Positions 1-13,000 of a stretch of DNA of 64,000 bases are shown piece by piece. The notes beneath the pieces are model-generated. The model was given only the letters and a program-made list of their open reading frames with translations, was not told where the DNA came from and searched no databases. The DNA is from Candidatus Omnitrophota bacterium (GTDB lineage: Bacteria; Omnitrophota; Omnitrophia; Omnitrophales; Aquincolibacteriaceae). Location: NCBI GenBank assembly GCA_030698625.1, contig JAUYMS010000003.1:83471-147470 (forward strand), in the 5' to 3' direction. The first letter of the stretch is position 1. The number at the start of each line of letters is the position of its first letter. A program made the position numbers and the translations under genes.

Positions 1-210
1 TATCCTCAGCTATTAGGCATAGCCGCCTTCGTTGTCGGCTATGCTATGAATGTTTATTTGCCCCTGTTTATGGATGAGTCCGGCAGTGAGGCAGAGGGCC
101 TTATCCCCCTGAGTCTTGCCTTGGCGAAGTTACTCATGATCGGCGGGTTTGCCATGATTATTGCGAGCGGAATTAAGCGGATGCGGAATAAGAAAAAGAA
201 GCAAGGTTGA
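1..210 (+). CDS. 3' end of a membrane protein CDS (partial; start lies upstream of the window)
   Basis: Frame +1 is open from base 1 to TGA at 208-210. The translation YPQLLGIAAFVVGYAMNVYLPLF...LALAKLLMIGGFAMIIASGIKRMRNKKKKQG shows two hydrophobic helices and a basic tail. No family recognised. Confidence 0.4.
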   Translation, partial: YPQLLGIAAFVVGYAMNVYLPLFMDESGSEAEGLIPLSLALAKLLMIGGFAMIIASGIKRMRNKKKKQG

Positions 211-217
211 CCGGTTC

Positions 218-703
218 ATGTATGGCAAAATAGGAGCGGTTTCCGCCCGTTTTCTTATAATTGCGCTGATGCTGGGAGCTCCTTTTGTCGCTGCCGAGGA
301 AGGGCCTCAGACAGCATTGGATAAAGCGCTTCAGGCGGCTTGGGATGATCCCGAGCATCAGCTCGAGTACTACAACGTCTTCCTCAATTCCCAGATTCTC
401 ATACCTACCGTAGACAGGCCGGAAACCACAGGGGTTCGTTTAGCCGGCGACGATGAGACCATTTCTCCCGTTATTATCGAGTCCGAAGGGGTTCAGTACC
501 TCATGCTTTTCGACACAGAAGAGAGACTTGCCGATTGGGCACGCCGGCCGATGGGTTTTGCCGGTGTCCCCGGTCATGCCATTGTGAGAACCATGAAGCC
601 GGACTTTTACTGGCTCTTAAATGTAGGAACCGACTACACTAAACGCTTCGTGCCGGAGGAGATTAGCTGGCTAAAAAGTGAGATTGTAGCGCTAGACGAG
701 TAG
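218..703 (+). CDS. SseB-like protein with N-terminal signal peptide
   Basis: The tracked ORF is 161-703, but ATG 218 (MYGKIGAVSARFLIIALMLGAPFVAAEEG) gives a clean signal peptide and avoids overlap with the upstream CDS ending at 210. The body (YYNVFLNSQILIPT...GVQYLMLFDTEERLADWAR) resembles the SseB N-terminal domain family. Confidence 0.55.
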   Translation: MYGKIGAVSARFLIIALMLGAPFVAAEEGPQTALDKALQAAWDDPEHQLEYYNVFLNSQILIPTVDRPETTGVRLAGDDETISPVIIESEGVQYLMLFDTEERLADWARRPMGFAGVPGHAIVRTMKPDFYWLLNVGTDYTKRFVPEEISWLKSEIVALDE

Positions 704-744
704 CGTTTTTCCCCCATTGGCCATCCGGCCGCCGCCTGTCGCAG

Positions 745-776
745 TTGTCAAAATGACACATATAGCGTGTTATAGC
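745..776 (+). promoter_or_regulatory. Possible sigma-70-type promoter of the giant gene (TTGTCA ... TGtTATAGC extended -10)
   Basis: TTGTCA lies at 745-750 and TGTTATAGC at 768-776. The spacing to TATAGC is about 20 nt, which is long. This is the only promoter-like pair in the 200-bp gap upstream of 903. Confidence 0.25.
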
Positions 777-855
777 ATTTCGCCTCATAGCGTCGCACCA
801 TAAGGTGAAAATCTCCCCAAATTTGTGACCTGAAAAAACTGCGGGTAATCTTTAC

Positions 856-880
856 TAACTTATTATCTCTTAATAAGTTA
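856..880. promoter_or_regulatory. Perfect 10-bp inverted repeat TAACTTATTA-tctct-TAATAAGTTA, operator or 5'-UTR hairpin candidate
   Basis: Read directly: 856-865 TAACTTATTA, 866-870 tctct, 871-880 TAATAAGTTA. It is AT-rich and sits 14 nt upstream of the AGGA Shine-Dalgarno (894-897) of the giant ORF. Confidence 0.45.
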
Positions 881-902
881 ACCCAAATACGACAGGATCA
901 AA

Positions 903-1022
903 TTGATGCGGAAAAAGAATTTCAAAAGGGGATTTTGCATCTGGCAAAAACTAACGGCCGCCTTTGTATCGGTCTGCATGATCCTCTTGAGTGTTGTCGA
1001 ATACGTGCCGGCCGCTTATGCC
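903..1022 (+). other. N-terminal Sec-type signal peptide or signal anchor of the giant protein
   Basis: MMRKKNFKRGFCIWQK (basic n-region), LTAAFVSVCMILLSVV (h-region), then PAAYA/ST (AxA-like site), covering aa 1-40. Confidence 0.6.
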
Positions 1023-4000
1023 TCGACCGCCGCCATCTCCGCAGCCCAACCGAACTTATTTTCACTCCAACTGCCCTCAGCCCTCGGAAACGTAGAAGAG
1101 TCGTTTCGCGGACTCAGTACAAAGACAGTCATTCTCATCCAGGACGCACATGATTCTCTCGAAGCCCAAGAACATATTGCGGAACTCGTCGACCACCTGG
1201 TGGCAGAAAAGGGAATAAAAACCGTTTACGAAGAAGGTTATGAGGGAGAGGTCCCAAGCGATGAGCTTTTTGGTTTTATCGAGGACAAGGATCACCGGGA
1301 AAAGGTGTCCTACTTTTTTATGGATCGCCTAAGAATCGGCGGCGCCGAATATGCCCACATCAACCGTAAAAAAGATTTTCGTCTCATCGGTGCCGACAAT
1401 ATTGACCTGCACATCGAAAACGTATCACGGTATCAGGATCTGTCCAAGACAAAGCGGGAGACGGTTGAAGACCTTCGGGCCCTAATCGGGCAGGTGACAT
1501 CTCTGGCGCACAGGTATTTCCCCCAGCCCCTTAAGGAGTGGATGAAACTCAAGGAGCGCTTTGAAGCGGGGAAGTTGGGCCTTACCGACTATCTCAAGCG
1601 GATGATGGCGCTCAGCGACGGAGTCGAGGAATCCGAAAGCATTACGGTCGGGCCTATTATCACGCTTCTTGTGGCCGCCGAAGCCTCGGGCGACGACAAG
1701 CTCCTGGAGCAGATCCGTGATCTCGATCCCAAAGCGGTATACCGTGAAATCGCCGACCTCGAAGACCGGCTGGCCGGCATCTACGTGGAGACGGACCGCG
1801 ATCGTCATATTTTCCGCTTCTACCGGGACCTGACCCTGCTCGGACGCTTGAGCGACATCGCGGTGACTCAGACCGAGTATGGTGCTGTTCAGAAGGCCCT
1901 GGCACGATTTGATACCCAAGGGTTGGCGGAATTTATCACCAAGAATACCGGGAAGTCGGTCGTGCTTTCGCGGCAGTGGGAGCGTAATATCCGCAATGCG
2001 GTGCGCTTCTACGATGTGGCCCATGCCCGGCACAAGGCCCTGCGCCGCCGCCTTGAAGAATTTAAGTCCGATCCCGAAGAGGAGACTGCCGCGCTCGTCT
2101 TCGGAGGTTTCCACACCGAAGATATTCGTGAGATCCTCAAAGAACTGGATATATCCTTCCACGTTGTTTCACCGCGGATCACCGAGATGAGCGAGCGGCA
2201 TCAGAAATATTACAAGCGCTTGATGTCGGCCGGCTATCATGACTTTGAATTAAACGACAAGGTTCGTAGGGCGTCGCGCGCCGTGACTTACTTTGAGCTC
2301 GATGGCAGCGCCGCAATCATCGCGCGTGCTCATGATTATGTGCGGAGTGAATTGCGGGATTTGCCGCGCGAAATTTTGAATACCAATATTGAAAAGCATT
2401 TGGGCGGCGAGGCGGTCTTACAAGCGGGCGTGAAGCCGGAAGCACAGACGGACGCGGATTTGCTTGGTCCGGCGCCGGGCATCGAGAGCGTTGTCGGTTC
2501 TGAGCGCTCCGAACTTAGGCGTCTGGAGTATGGGGGGACAACGCTGTTATTCACCGCAGCGGCCGGAAGTGCGGCCGCAGGTGCGGTCCTCGCATTCCTC
2601 CTGCCGTGGATGGGGCTGAAGGCTTTGGCCGCTGCAATCGGCCTCGGGGCGGCAATCGCCTTTGCGGGCAGCGCCCGCAGCCGTATCGCCCTTGCGTCCA
2701 AAGTTCGGGCAGCCCTCGGGGAAGTCACCGTCATCGGCAAGGGTTCCTACACCAATGTCATGGGACACGAGTCCCTCACCAACAGCCTTAGGCCTGAAAG
2801 CACAAAACTCTCACGCGGTTGGGTAATCCTGCAGAAACGCGGCGCAAAAGCGCTCAAAGACCTTGAGGAATCCGTCAAAGGACCGCAGAACCGCGATGCC
2901 GAGGAAAAGGCTGTCTATCAAGCGCTGTATAAACGGGGATTGGTTCCGAAGACCGTCTATCTTGGGCTCATGCCGATACGCGACATCAAGATCAAACCCA
3001 CCGACAGAAACATGCGCGGCATTTACGACGATGCCGAAGGTCAGTTCCGTAAGGACCGGAAGGACAAGGACAGCCGGCTGCCGGATCACCGCAGCGCCGA
3101 TATTGTTCGCATTGCCATTCAGGAAGAGGGCCTGCCCCTGCATGAATATTTCAAGCTTGTCACCGCGAAAAAAGGCACGGCCATCACAGCGCTCGTAGAG
3201 TTTACCCAAAAGCTTTGGGGTGAGGGGTTCATCGACCTTGACCTGCGCATTGATAACTACATGGTGAAGCTGAAAAATGGAAAGCCCGTCACGGATGCCG
3301 ATGGCAGCCCGGTCATTCTCCTGCATGACTTCGGGGCCGTTTTTAAACTTCCGCGCTCGAGAGAAGGCATCGAGTCCTTTCTGAAAAGCACGATCAATAA
3401 GTCCGACATCTCAGCCGGATTTTTTCTCCTTAGAAATCTGATCCACGTCAACCGCAGCTTTGAGCAAGCCGGCAAAAAAACTATCAAGGTGTACAGCCCC
3501 ATCGCAGACTCCCATGAGAATGCCATTGCGAAGAAGCTTTTCCCCGGCATGAGCCTCAAGGGCATTGCCGAGATGTATGTGCTGGGCCGCAACGAGGCGA
3601 ATCACGTTTCGACGGGCTTAAAGACCTATCTGTTGGAATTCTTTCAGCGCGACGGGCGAGGAGAAGTGATCGAAGGTCATATCGAGGAACTGGCGCGTCG
3701 TATTTTCTTGGCGCTTACAGAAGCAAGCGGCGATCGTGACGACCGCACCCGCTCGGAATTAAGGGCGGCGGATGCGGGGTGGATGGCAGAGCTTGACGAC
3801 GCGTCGGCGCATCAGCTGGCCGTCGACGTGATGCGCCGCCTGGAGCACGTGAGTCCGGAGACGCCTTACGAAGCCAAGTTAGGGGCGGGCAGTGTCTTTA
3901 AAATGGGCGAACAGAATATTGCGGTCGAATACGGCACAGCCAAAACAGGCGGTTGGTTTAGTAAGGACACCGCGGTGATGCGCATTGGCGCGCTGGTTTT

Positions 4001-7000
4001 TGTTCAGCTGCAGCGCGGATCAGCGCGCTCTCTTACGGCACAGCTAAAAAAGCACATGATAAATCTGGGGGATCTCTATCAACAGAACCGAGGCAACATC
4101 ATTTTCATGCCGCCCGCCGACTACTCACGGCCTTCAGCCCAAGACCCCGTGCACATGATTACGCAGATTGCGGTTGCCGCCATGCTGGCAAGCCGTGAGT
4201 CTTTTCCGGGTGCCGTTGTCACGGATCTGGGCGCCGGAGACGGGTTGCTTTCGCAGATTGCCCTGCGGTTGGGGGCCAAGCGGGTCGTCTTAGTCGACAG
4301 GAAGTACGGACAGCTGAGGAAGGCCGAAAAACTCCTTCGAGGCCAGGGCTATGACCAATTTGAATTACTCGAAGCCGATCTGACCGATACCCGCTTTATC
4401 AAACGCATCCTGGAAGAAAATCTCGACCGGGAATCTACGATTGCGCTCGTGAATATCGGACCGCATAAGCGCCTCTACGGCGACGCGAACCGGATCGTTA
4501 TGGAGCGAATCATGCGGTGGACCGGCTTGGGGTTGATTATCAATGCGGGATACTATGGCTCCGGGTGGATCTTCCCGGAAGCCCACGACGAGGAAATTAA
4601 GTATCTCGAAGAATTGCTTCCGCACCATGGCTTTGAAACGACGGTCTATGAAGACGGTATGGGTTGGCGCCGGGCCCTGACCGCGAAGCGCGGCGCGCAA
4701 CGCTCTGAGTTAAGAGCGGAAGAAGGCAAGGCTGAATTTATCGCGCGTATGGAACAGATCTTTGCCGGCGTGAAGCAGTCGGGAAAAAAGCTCGGCACGG
4801 AAGAGTTCGCAGAGCGCATGGGTTATCCGGGGCGCTGGGTCACGGCAAGAAATCGCGCCAAGCGTCTGGGTTATCCGCCCGCGACCTTGCAGCAATACGT
4901 TGAAACCGGGGCCGGAAAGGGCAGGGCCAGGGAAACCAAACAGGAATTCGCGGCGCGCCTGGAAAAGATTTTTGAATCCGTCAGGAAGTCGGAGAAAAGA
5001 GAAAAGATCTCGCGCAAGCTTTTCATGCGCTTAACGGGTTATACGAATAAGTGGGATGCCTTACTGCAGCGCGCGCGCAAGGCCGGCTACGCGTGGGAAG
5101 CCATCAGTCCCTATGTGGAGGCAGACGAGGCCCCGTCAAAGATTGAATTCTTGAAGCGGCTCCGGGCGATTGCCGACGCGGTGAAGCGCCATAAGAGACG
5201 CGACAAGATTTCGCGTGATTTCTTCATGCGCCTCATGGGCTATCCTGAAAATTGGACTGCGCTTATTCAGCGTGCACGCACAAGCGGCGTTACCCTGGCT
5301 GACATTAGTGAATTTGTTGAGAGTGCCGAAGAAACGGGGGTCGATGACAGAGGCCGCATACGCGAAGAGCAGCTTCGCGATGCCGTCACGACGGCCAAAG
5401 AAGAATTCGGTATAACGGGTCAAAGCATGCAAACCCTGAACCGCGCAAGGCGCGCCGAGTATCTGAACCGCGTTGCCGCACTTGTCGGTTACACGAACCG
5501 AAATAACTTCCTTCACCTTACCGAAAAAATGGGCGTGAATCTCGCGGCATTCGACATTCACCGCCTGGAGCGCCTCGTTCCGTATACGCTGACCGAAAGC
5601 CGCCAGTGGTTGATTGACAATCTGCCGAAGCCGGAGGATACGGAGGGCCGAAGGAAGTGGATCAGCACGATCATGCATCTTACCGGTATGGGGATGCTCG
5701 GCAGGACGGCCGCTTATACCTTGCTGCGCGCTGTAAGCTCGGGAGAATCCGGATTCAGTGAACTCGACAAGCCGGTGGCTGAAGAACTCGAACTGGATCT
5801 CTCGACCGTCTCCTCGTCGCTGCTTGGTAAAGAGCCCGTATCCATGGACCGTTCCCCGAATCTCCTAGACTTTTTTGTCACGGCGGCCAATCGCAAACTC
5901 GAGATCGAGCGGCTCAACCCATCGGCCCGCAGCCGTCAGATTACGATGACCCCGCTGCTCGATAATCATCTCTTTCCGTATCACTTGGAGCAGATGCTCA
6001 CAACACAAAGAACGAGCACAAGGGCAGGGGTGCTGGTCGAAGAAGTGATCGGGGAGTTGGGGAGTGAACTGAATGCGGAGGAGCGTACGTTGCTGCGGGC
6101 CGTTGTGCGGGCCCGTGCCGCGGGCACGCGCTTGCGTTATCAGACACATCGAACCGTTACCGCCGCCAATGAAATCTTGTTTGGGACCCGGGAGACTCTT
6201 GGGAGTACCGGCGTGTATCACAAAGTCAAAGCTGCCGTTGAGAACAGCGAAAAGCTCCGCGCAGCATTTGAGGCTTTGCGGGGTGATCTGGATCTTTCCA
6301 CGGACCGTTTTGACCGCGGCTTTTTCGAGTGGCTTCATACCGGGGGGTATCTCCATGACGCCGAGATTCATGGCATTACGCGGCTTATGGTTTACGACAT
6401 CGAAAACGTACCGTCGCCGCATCTCTTGCCGAAACTATCGCCTGAAAACAAACAAGCCTTTGCCGTCGCCTACTTTAGAAACCATCACTTTCAGCAGATT
6501 GCCGAGAATAGCGCCGCAGTCCTCGATGACCCGGGCCTTCCGGTGCATACGCTCTCAGCCGGGTCTCTGCGGGGATGGATTCAGGGGCGCCGGCCCCGAA
6601 AGATTGTGGGCGGCATTCGCAGGCTCGAAGCCGCTCTGAAACCGGGGAGTCCGGTTCAAGAGGTGCGTGAAAGTTCTACGGAACACGAACGTGAAACAGG
6701 ACAAATACTCGCGGGCGGGGGGCACAATAAGGATCTGTTGAGTTTTATTAACGGCCTGCATATGCGAAGGGCGAAGGTTGTCGCATTCTTTAATTTGGCG
6801 ACAAGGATTTCAGAGTCGGTAACGGGTCCGAAGGCCCTTGAGCTGAAGCATGCCTATCAAACTTTGCTTCTTGGGGTACTCAAGAACCCTGAATTGGAAG
6901 TCGACTCAACGCCTGTCCATCTCATGCTCATGAGCACGATTGTTAACCACCGTCACGACGAGGCGTTTTTAAGAAAATTCTTCGAGACCTTACTCGTGGC

Positions 7001-10000
7001 GGCCCATGGCATGAGCGCGCGAGTTTCGAACAGAGAAGCGGCGAACATGTTGGCCCGGACAATTCAGGGTTCGGCTGTCTATCTTGCGGCCGGCCCCAAG
7101 GGACCGATTACGCGCGAGGGTCTGGTTCACGCCTATCAGCGATCGGCGGCGGAGAAAAAACGTTACCTCAAAGTGCAGACGGTGCGGGACGACGCGGAAT
7201 TTCGTCTCATGGGCAGCTTGGCGGTCCCGGTTGGCTTGCGCCCCGATAATGTTTACTTCTCGAAGCTCTACAATGCGGTCATTGCAAAGGTCTATGCCCC
7301 GGTCCGCGTTATCTCTGACGAAGATGCCGCCGGTCACAAGGTCCGGAACAGATCACCCAAGACGTTGCGGCATGTCCGTGAAAGCCAAAAATTTGATCTC
7401 GCAAAAATTCGCAGTGAAGCCGACGAACACCGCCGGCGCCTGCGGCAGGCAGAGCGGCTCGCCTATGACTTTTGGGGCACCCAAGGCGAGCCGGGGTATT
7501 GGCCGGAAGAGAAGGTGAAGGGCTACATATGGACCCACTACCGAAGGTGGGTTCGCGAGGTCGTGTGGGAAAACGGACGCCGCGACATGGGCAGTCACGA
7601 CGGGGTCGATATGGAGGACCTCATGGATCTCGCGCGGGATTCAGTCGCCTATGTGGGTTACACCTACAATGCGCCGGAAGAATTCACGCTCAATCTCGAC
7701 GACCCGGGCTCCCCCGAGGAGCGTCACGCAATGATCACCGGAGTTGAAGCATTGGTGCAGGAAAAGGATGCGACCCTTAAGGAATTCGAACTCATGGTTA
7801 AGGACAAAGACAAAGATGCGACGGAGCTAAAAAGAGCGGGGTTCGGTTTGAAAAAGGCGGAGCGCGCAAAGGCTTATGTGGAATCAGTGCTGACGCTGCA
7901 TCGGCATTATCTGGAAGGGGATGCCGAAAAGGCAGCTAATGTGTATTTCGACCTCGCCGAGCAGCGTGAGACGATCGAGCGGAATATTATGCGAAGTCTG
8001 TTCACGAGTTATCTCAGGCCGAGTATTTTGCATTACAAGTCACGCCGGGCGGTCAAACAGGCGTTTTTTGAATTGAAGGCCATATCTCTGGATCAGCCGC
8101 TTCCCGACGGTGACGGTGAGCTTATGGACATCGCGATCCCCGTTTTGAGATCGCGGGATGAAGAGGCGGTTATCGTTGATGACCCGAGGCTTGCCTCCTT
8201 CCGCAGCATTGCCATTAAACAGCACTTTGCACAAGTGAGGACATCAGCCTTAAGTGATACGGATCGGGATCAATACATCATGCGGCTTTATTACGGACTC
8301 GAGCCGGCGTATGCGGGTGTTGACCTGACGCAGACAGACATCGCGACTATCGTCGCCTTTCATGGCGGGGCCCTCATTACCGATGAGCGAATCCGGCAGA
8401 TTATCGCCAGGCACGACAAGGATATTTTCCGGAGAGTGGTGCACCTGGCCCAGGCGGATAACCTGAAGTCCTGGGACACCTTTATGCTTCAACTCGGAGT
8501 TAAGGAGCCTGATGACGCTCCGCCGCCGGTTGTGATTCCGATCGAAGAGAACGAGTCTAAGATCTGGCTGGGCTCACACATTTGGATTGCCACATTGGGG
8601 GATCATGCGGGCAAATATCTCTCCTTCAAGATCATCGCCTATGACCGTTACAATCCGCGCTCCGCCGATGCAGGCTACAACAACGTCGAACTGCAAAAGA
8701 GAATCTACCCTTATATGCTCGAGATTGTCGTCAGGGATCCGACAAAGCCGGAAAAGGGCAATGAAAATCTGGTCGCCGTTTTTCACGTGCATGTGATTCA
8801 TCGGCCCACCGGATCCGTACAGCAACTACCCATCATCGCGGTTCGCGGAAAGCCGCATTACTTCCTACGCGTTGATAGCGGTGCGCATGACAGTACACTT
8901 GAGCCGGCGGCCGAGAAGGTCGACCGGGATCAGGGCGAGAGGCCGGAGCCTACGGAAGTTCCCGAAGAGCCCGTTCGGGAGGCCGCGATAGAAGAGCCTG
9001 TCGACCGCTTTAAAGATTGGCACGAGTCGGCGATCCCGCATTTGCAAAGACAGCTGAAGAGCGCGCAGGCGACGTCACTGGGGCACCCCGATTTTGAGGA
9101 ACTGGCACCGGTCGGGGAACACGGAAGAATCTGGGTAGCGTATCAGAAAGGGAACGTCGAACGTAAGGCCTTCTTCCATACCGGTATTGCAGGCGAAGGT
9201 CAGGCATGGGTGGGGCGGCGGTATGATCTGAGTAAGTCTCTTTATGTCTATCGAATCGTGCGCGTCAGCGACACCGGCGAGGCCGAATCCACTCGCTACT
9301 ACAGGCTGGATCTTGACGACCATGGCCAGCCCACCGCGATGGGCTTCCGTGAATTTAAGTACGACGGCAGTGTCTGGGAAAAAGTTTCCATTCCCGGCCC
9401 GTTTTGGCTGAAACAGCGGAGTGAATTGAGATCGGCGTCAAACACCGATGATTTTGATCCCCGATTGATCGATACCTACAGCCGCCTATTTGTCGAAGGC
9501 CTCCTCAATACAGTTGAGTCGGAGGGGTATCCGGAACCTTATCAGGGTGCGGTCAAGGAAGCTCGCTCCCGTCTTAATGCCGTCGATATGCCGAGCCTTG
9601 CGGATGTTCTTCAGCCGGTTGAAGCGGCATTGAAAATTCCGGTCACGCTCGACGGTTTAAGCGGTGCGGCAGACGAAACTAAGGTTTACGAACTAGCGAG
9701 ACTCCAATATAAAGTCCGCGCCCTAAACAAGTTTCGCGTACCTATTCGGGAATTTATCAAGAATCTAATGGAGCGGGCGGAATTTGCGGCAAGGATTCAA
9801 TCGTCGACCGAGGGCCCGGTCCGGATGGGACTCATTCATTTTGAAGAGGAAGGACACAAATCGGGTCAATACAGCAACGGATTGGCAGACATTGTGATTG
9901 ACTGGATGAGCACGTGGGACGCCTCGGTCAACGCGATTGTGTTCAGAAACATACGTTTCGATTACTTCTTCAACATCGTCGGGTTGGCAAACGCACTGCA

Positions 10001-13000
10001 ATCCAAGTTTTTCCCGGATGCCCCTGATCCCGACGCCTTAGTTGTTCTCTTGCGGGAATCCTTGAGAAATGCCGTTGTGTGGGGCAACAAGAGCCGGCCG
10101 GACAATTTAGCGGCAATACGCTGGCGGTTCGAGGGAGAAGAGCTTGTCATCGATGTCATTGACCGGAACCGGGAAGAGATTGATTTCACTAAAAAACCGG
10201 AACCCCCGCGGGGCGTCAAGCCGATCTACTATAGCCCGCGTACGGATCCTGCCTCGGGCGGGTATCCGGGGGACATCAAACCCTTTATCGATCCCGCTTT
10301 CCTGACGGGTGATCGCTACGATTTTCCGATTCTCGATAAATCCGGCCGGCGTCTAGGCCAGGTCCTGCACCTGCGTTACCCCTATCCTCAACGATCCGAG
10401 TTACGGGACGAAGACGATGAAGAAGTACTGGGTTATGTGGCCGATCATGCCGACTTCGATACGACGGGATTTATCACGAGCCGGTTTTCCGGAGGTTCTA
10501 ACGTCGTCGGTTTGGGGGATCTCCACACGAATCTGGCGGTCAAGGCGCAGACGATCGATCTGATACGGTCGGGGGAAATTACGCATCTGGTTATGGAGCT
10601 GAACGGTGAGGATCTGAACAAGGCGCTCAAGAATCGGGAATCATTGCGCGAAGCGATTCGGCGTCATTTTGAAATCCTTGTCATTAATGACGAAGACATC
10701 GAGAGTTTCGTCGACGTGATCCTTGCGGCCCAGACAGCCGGCGTTGAGTTGGTCTTCCCTGATCCTCGCAAGACGAGCCGGCCGGACGATCCGGGCCAGG
10801 AGACGGTCGACATGGAAGCGGCCCTGGCAATCGGGTCTATTGTCAGATCTGATCAGGATGCGAAAGTGCTGGTTCTATTCGGAGCCGAGCATACGCGCCG
10901 CGGTCTGCGCTGGCCGCGCAAGGAAGGCCGGAGCCGCCTTACCCTGGGAGAAAATCTCAAAACCGAAGAGGGTGTGCGCTACTATTCGGTCTATCTTGAA
11001 TCGCCGGACCGCAGGGATACCTCGGATTACACCCTGGTGAGAGGCGATAAATACCGCCAGCAGGGATTCGCCCTTACAAATATGGCGTCCTTCCCGCGGC
11101 AGATGCTGGACAGGGCAGCCGATACCGACTTCTTTCGACCTGAGGAAATCGATGCCTACGTTCAACTGCCTCTCCTTAGTTACGAAGACTACCGGACACT
11201 CGTCGCTGCGGGAGAGGATCTACCCAAATTTGTTTTGCCGGAGTTTACCGAAGACTTGGCGGTCAAAAGCAGTGTCGGCGAAAATGAACCGGAGCGCCGC
11301 CGTGCCATCCGTGAAAAAGCGGCTAGGCTGGTGGCCTTGTTGAGAACACAACCGGACGCCGATTGGCCGATCGAAGAAATGGTTGAGGAGTTTAACGGGT
11401 TCCGTCTTGATGTGAGCGAGTACGCGCCGGAGATCGGAGTCATTTATCTCTGGCTCAGCCCGACCGACTCGTTCACGATATCCGTCCCTACTTATTTCGC
11501 CGTCCCCTCACAAGGGATCGTCGTTCACGCCCCGGAATTCAGCGATGACCGCTATGAGGATGAAATCATTCAACTGCCCATCGAGATCGCGAAACTCCTG
11601 AACGGTAATGAGATTGAGAAAGACTCCAGCGGAATCTTTAGCCCGGCGGGGTCTGATATCTACTGGAAGGAATGGAGACAGCGGCATGCCTATCAATACT
11701 ACCGGACCCTCGTGGGCCCCATTGGGGCGGGTGCGGTGCAGGCGATTCTAGCGCGCGAGAGCGGCAGGAAGTGGAGAGTTGTCGACTTCTTCGCCGGAGA
11801 CGGGAGCTTCTTGCGGTATTTAAGTAAACACTTAGCAACGGTGCAGCCGGACACGGATGTTGATTACGCGATGGTGGAGAAGTTCAGCGAACTCATCGAT
11901 CAAGCGCCGCGTACTTTAGCAGGCACGGCGGTCGAAATTCATCAAGCGGATATTCGACACCTGCAGGACGTTAAAGCGATTATCGGTAAGAAGCCGGTCA
12001 TCGTGACAGCCTTCGGCGGGTTGAATTCCGGAGTCGTCAAGCAGGACGACGCCGAGGCCATTGCGAAAAGAATCTACGCAGCCTTGCCGGCCGGCAGTTA
12101 TCTCGTGCTCGGCGGCTACAGCGCGATGATGGTCAATGCGAAGGAGCTCGCTGCAATGGGCTTCGAGGTGCTCAATACGGGACTGCCGCATTACATGGTG
12201 ACCGAAGACAGAGAAGCTCCCAACCAACTTTATATCCTGCGCAAGCCCTATCCGTGGTATCGCGGCGGATTGTGGCGCTCGGAGTTAAGGAGCGCTTTTG
12301 ACTACGATGCCTACAGGAAGCGTCAAGAAGCCGGTCTTGAGGTAATCCTTGAAGAGATCGATGCCCTGCGCACCGACGGCCGCTGGGAAAAGATGCCGCT
12401 TAGTGCGCGGCTCCAACTGATCGGTGAGCGGGCCGACGTGGTTCCCCTCGACTGGGGCGCTTGGCTTGAGCTCCTCGAAAAAACCGGCATGTGGTTCGGG
12501 CCTGAGCGTGAAAAGATGGAGGACCCCACCGATCAGGTCGAGGCTACGATGACGGGTGACTACCAAATACTTCAGGCGCCCAGCATGCGCCAGCCGCAGC
12601 AAGGCGAAACCTACTCGCGCTATCTGACCTCCTATGGCGCTTGTGACTGTCTTGTGTTGACCCTTTATCATCCGGGTACCAAGGTCGGCATGATTGATCA
12701 TCTGTATCTGGAGCGAAAGAAGAATCCCGCCGAGCGCATCGCCGGTGCGCTAAAGACGATGCATGAGGAGTACGGCATCGATCCGCGCGAAGTCAGGGCC
12801 GAGATTTCCGGCGGTCAGATGGACCTATCGAACTTCAAGGCCATTCAGATTCTCGAAGCGCTCGAAACGCATGAAGTGCCGATCTACTTCTTCCAGGCCC
12901 TGGACTTCCCGCTCGTTATGCTGGACGGCTATTATCCGTATGCCGAGGGTGACGGCCATGTCGCCCTGGATTTAGAAACGGGCCGCCATTACCGGCTGCA

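Noticed and set aside
1120-1260. ChaN/Tiki/TraB-like 'GE-H' domains at the starts of several modules (e.g. VILIQDAHDSLEAQEHIAELVDHL 1120-1260; VVGLGDLHTNLAVKAQTIDLI about 10500-10620; LFLLSHGTVEDFETVKPHV about 29270-29400; IMIIEHVDSNLAAMFMNAMH about 31200-31270).
   Set aside because: The resemblance is a loose strand-His-helix pattern only, and I cannot support a family assignment by eye. It is noted because the recurrence might reflect a shared module-opening fold worth testing by structure prediction.
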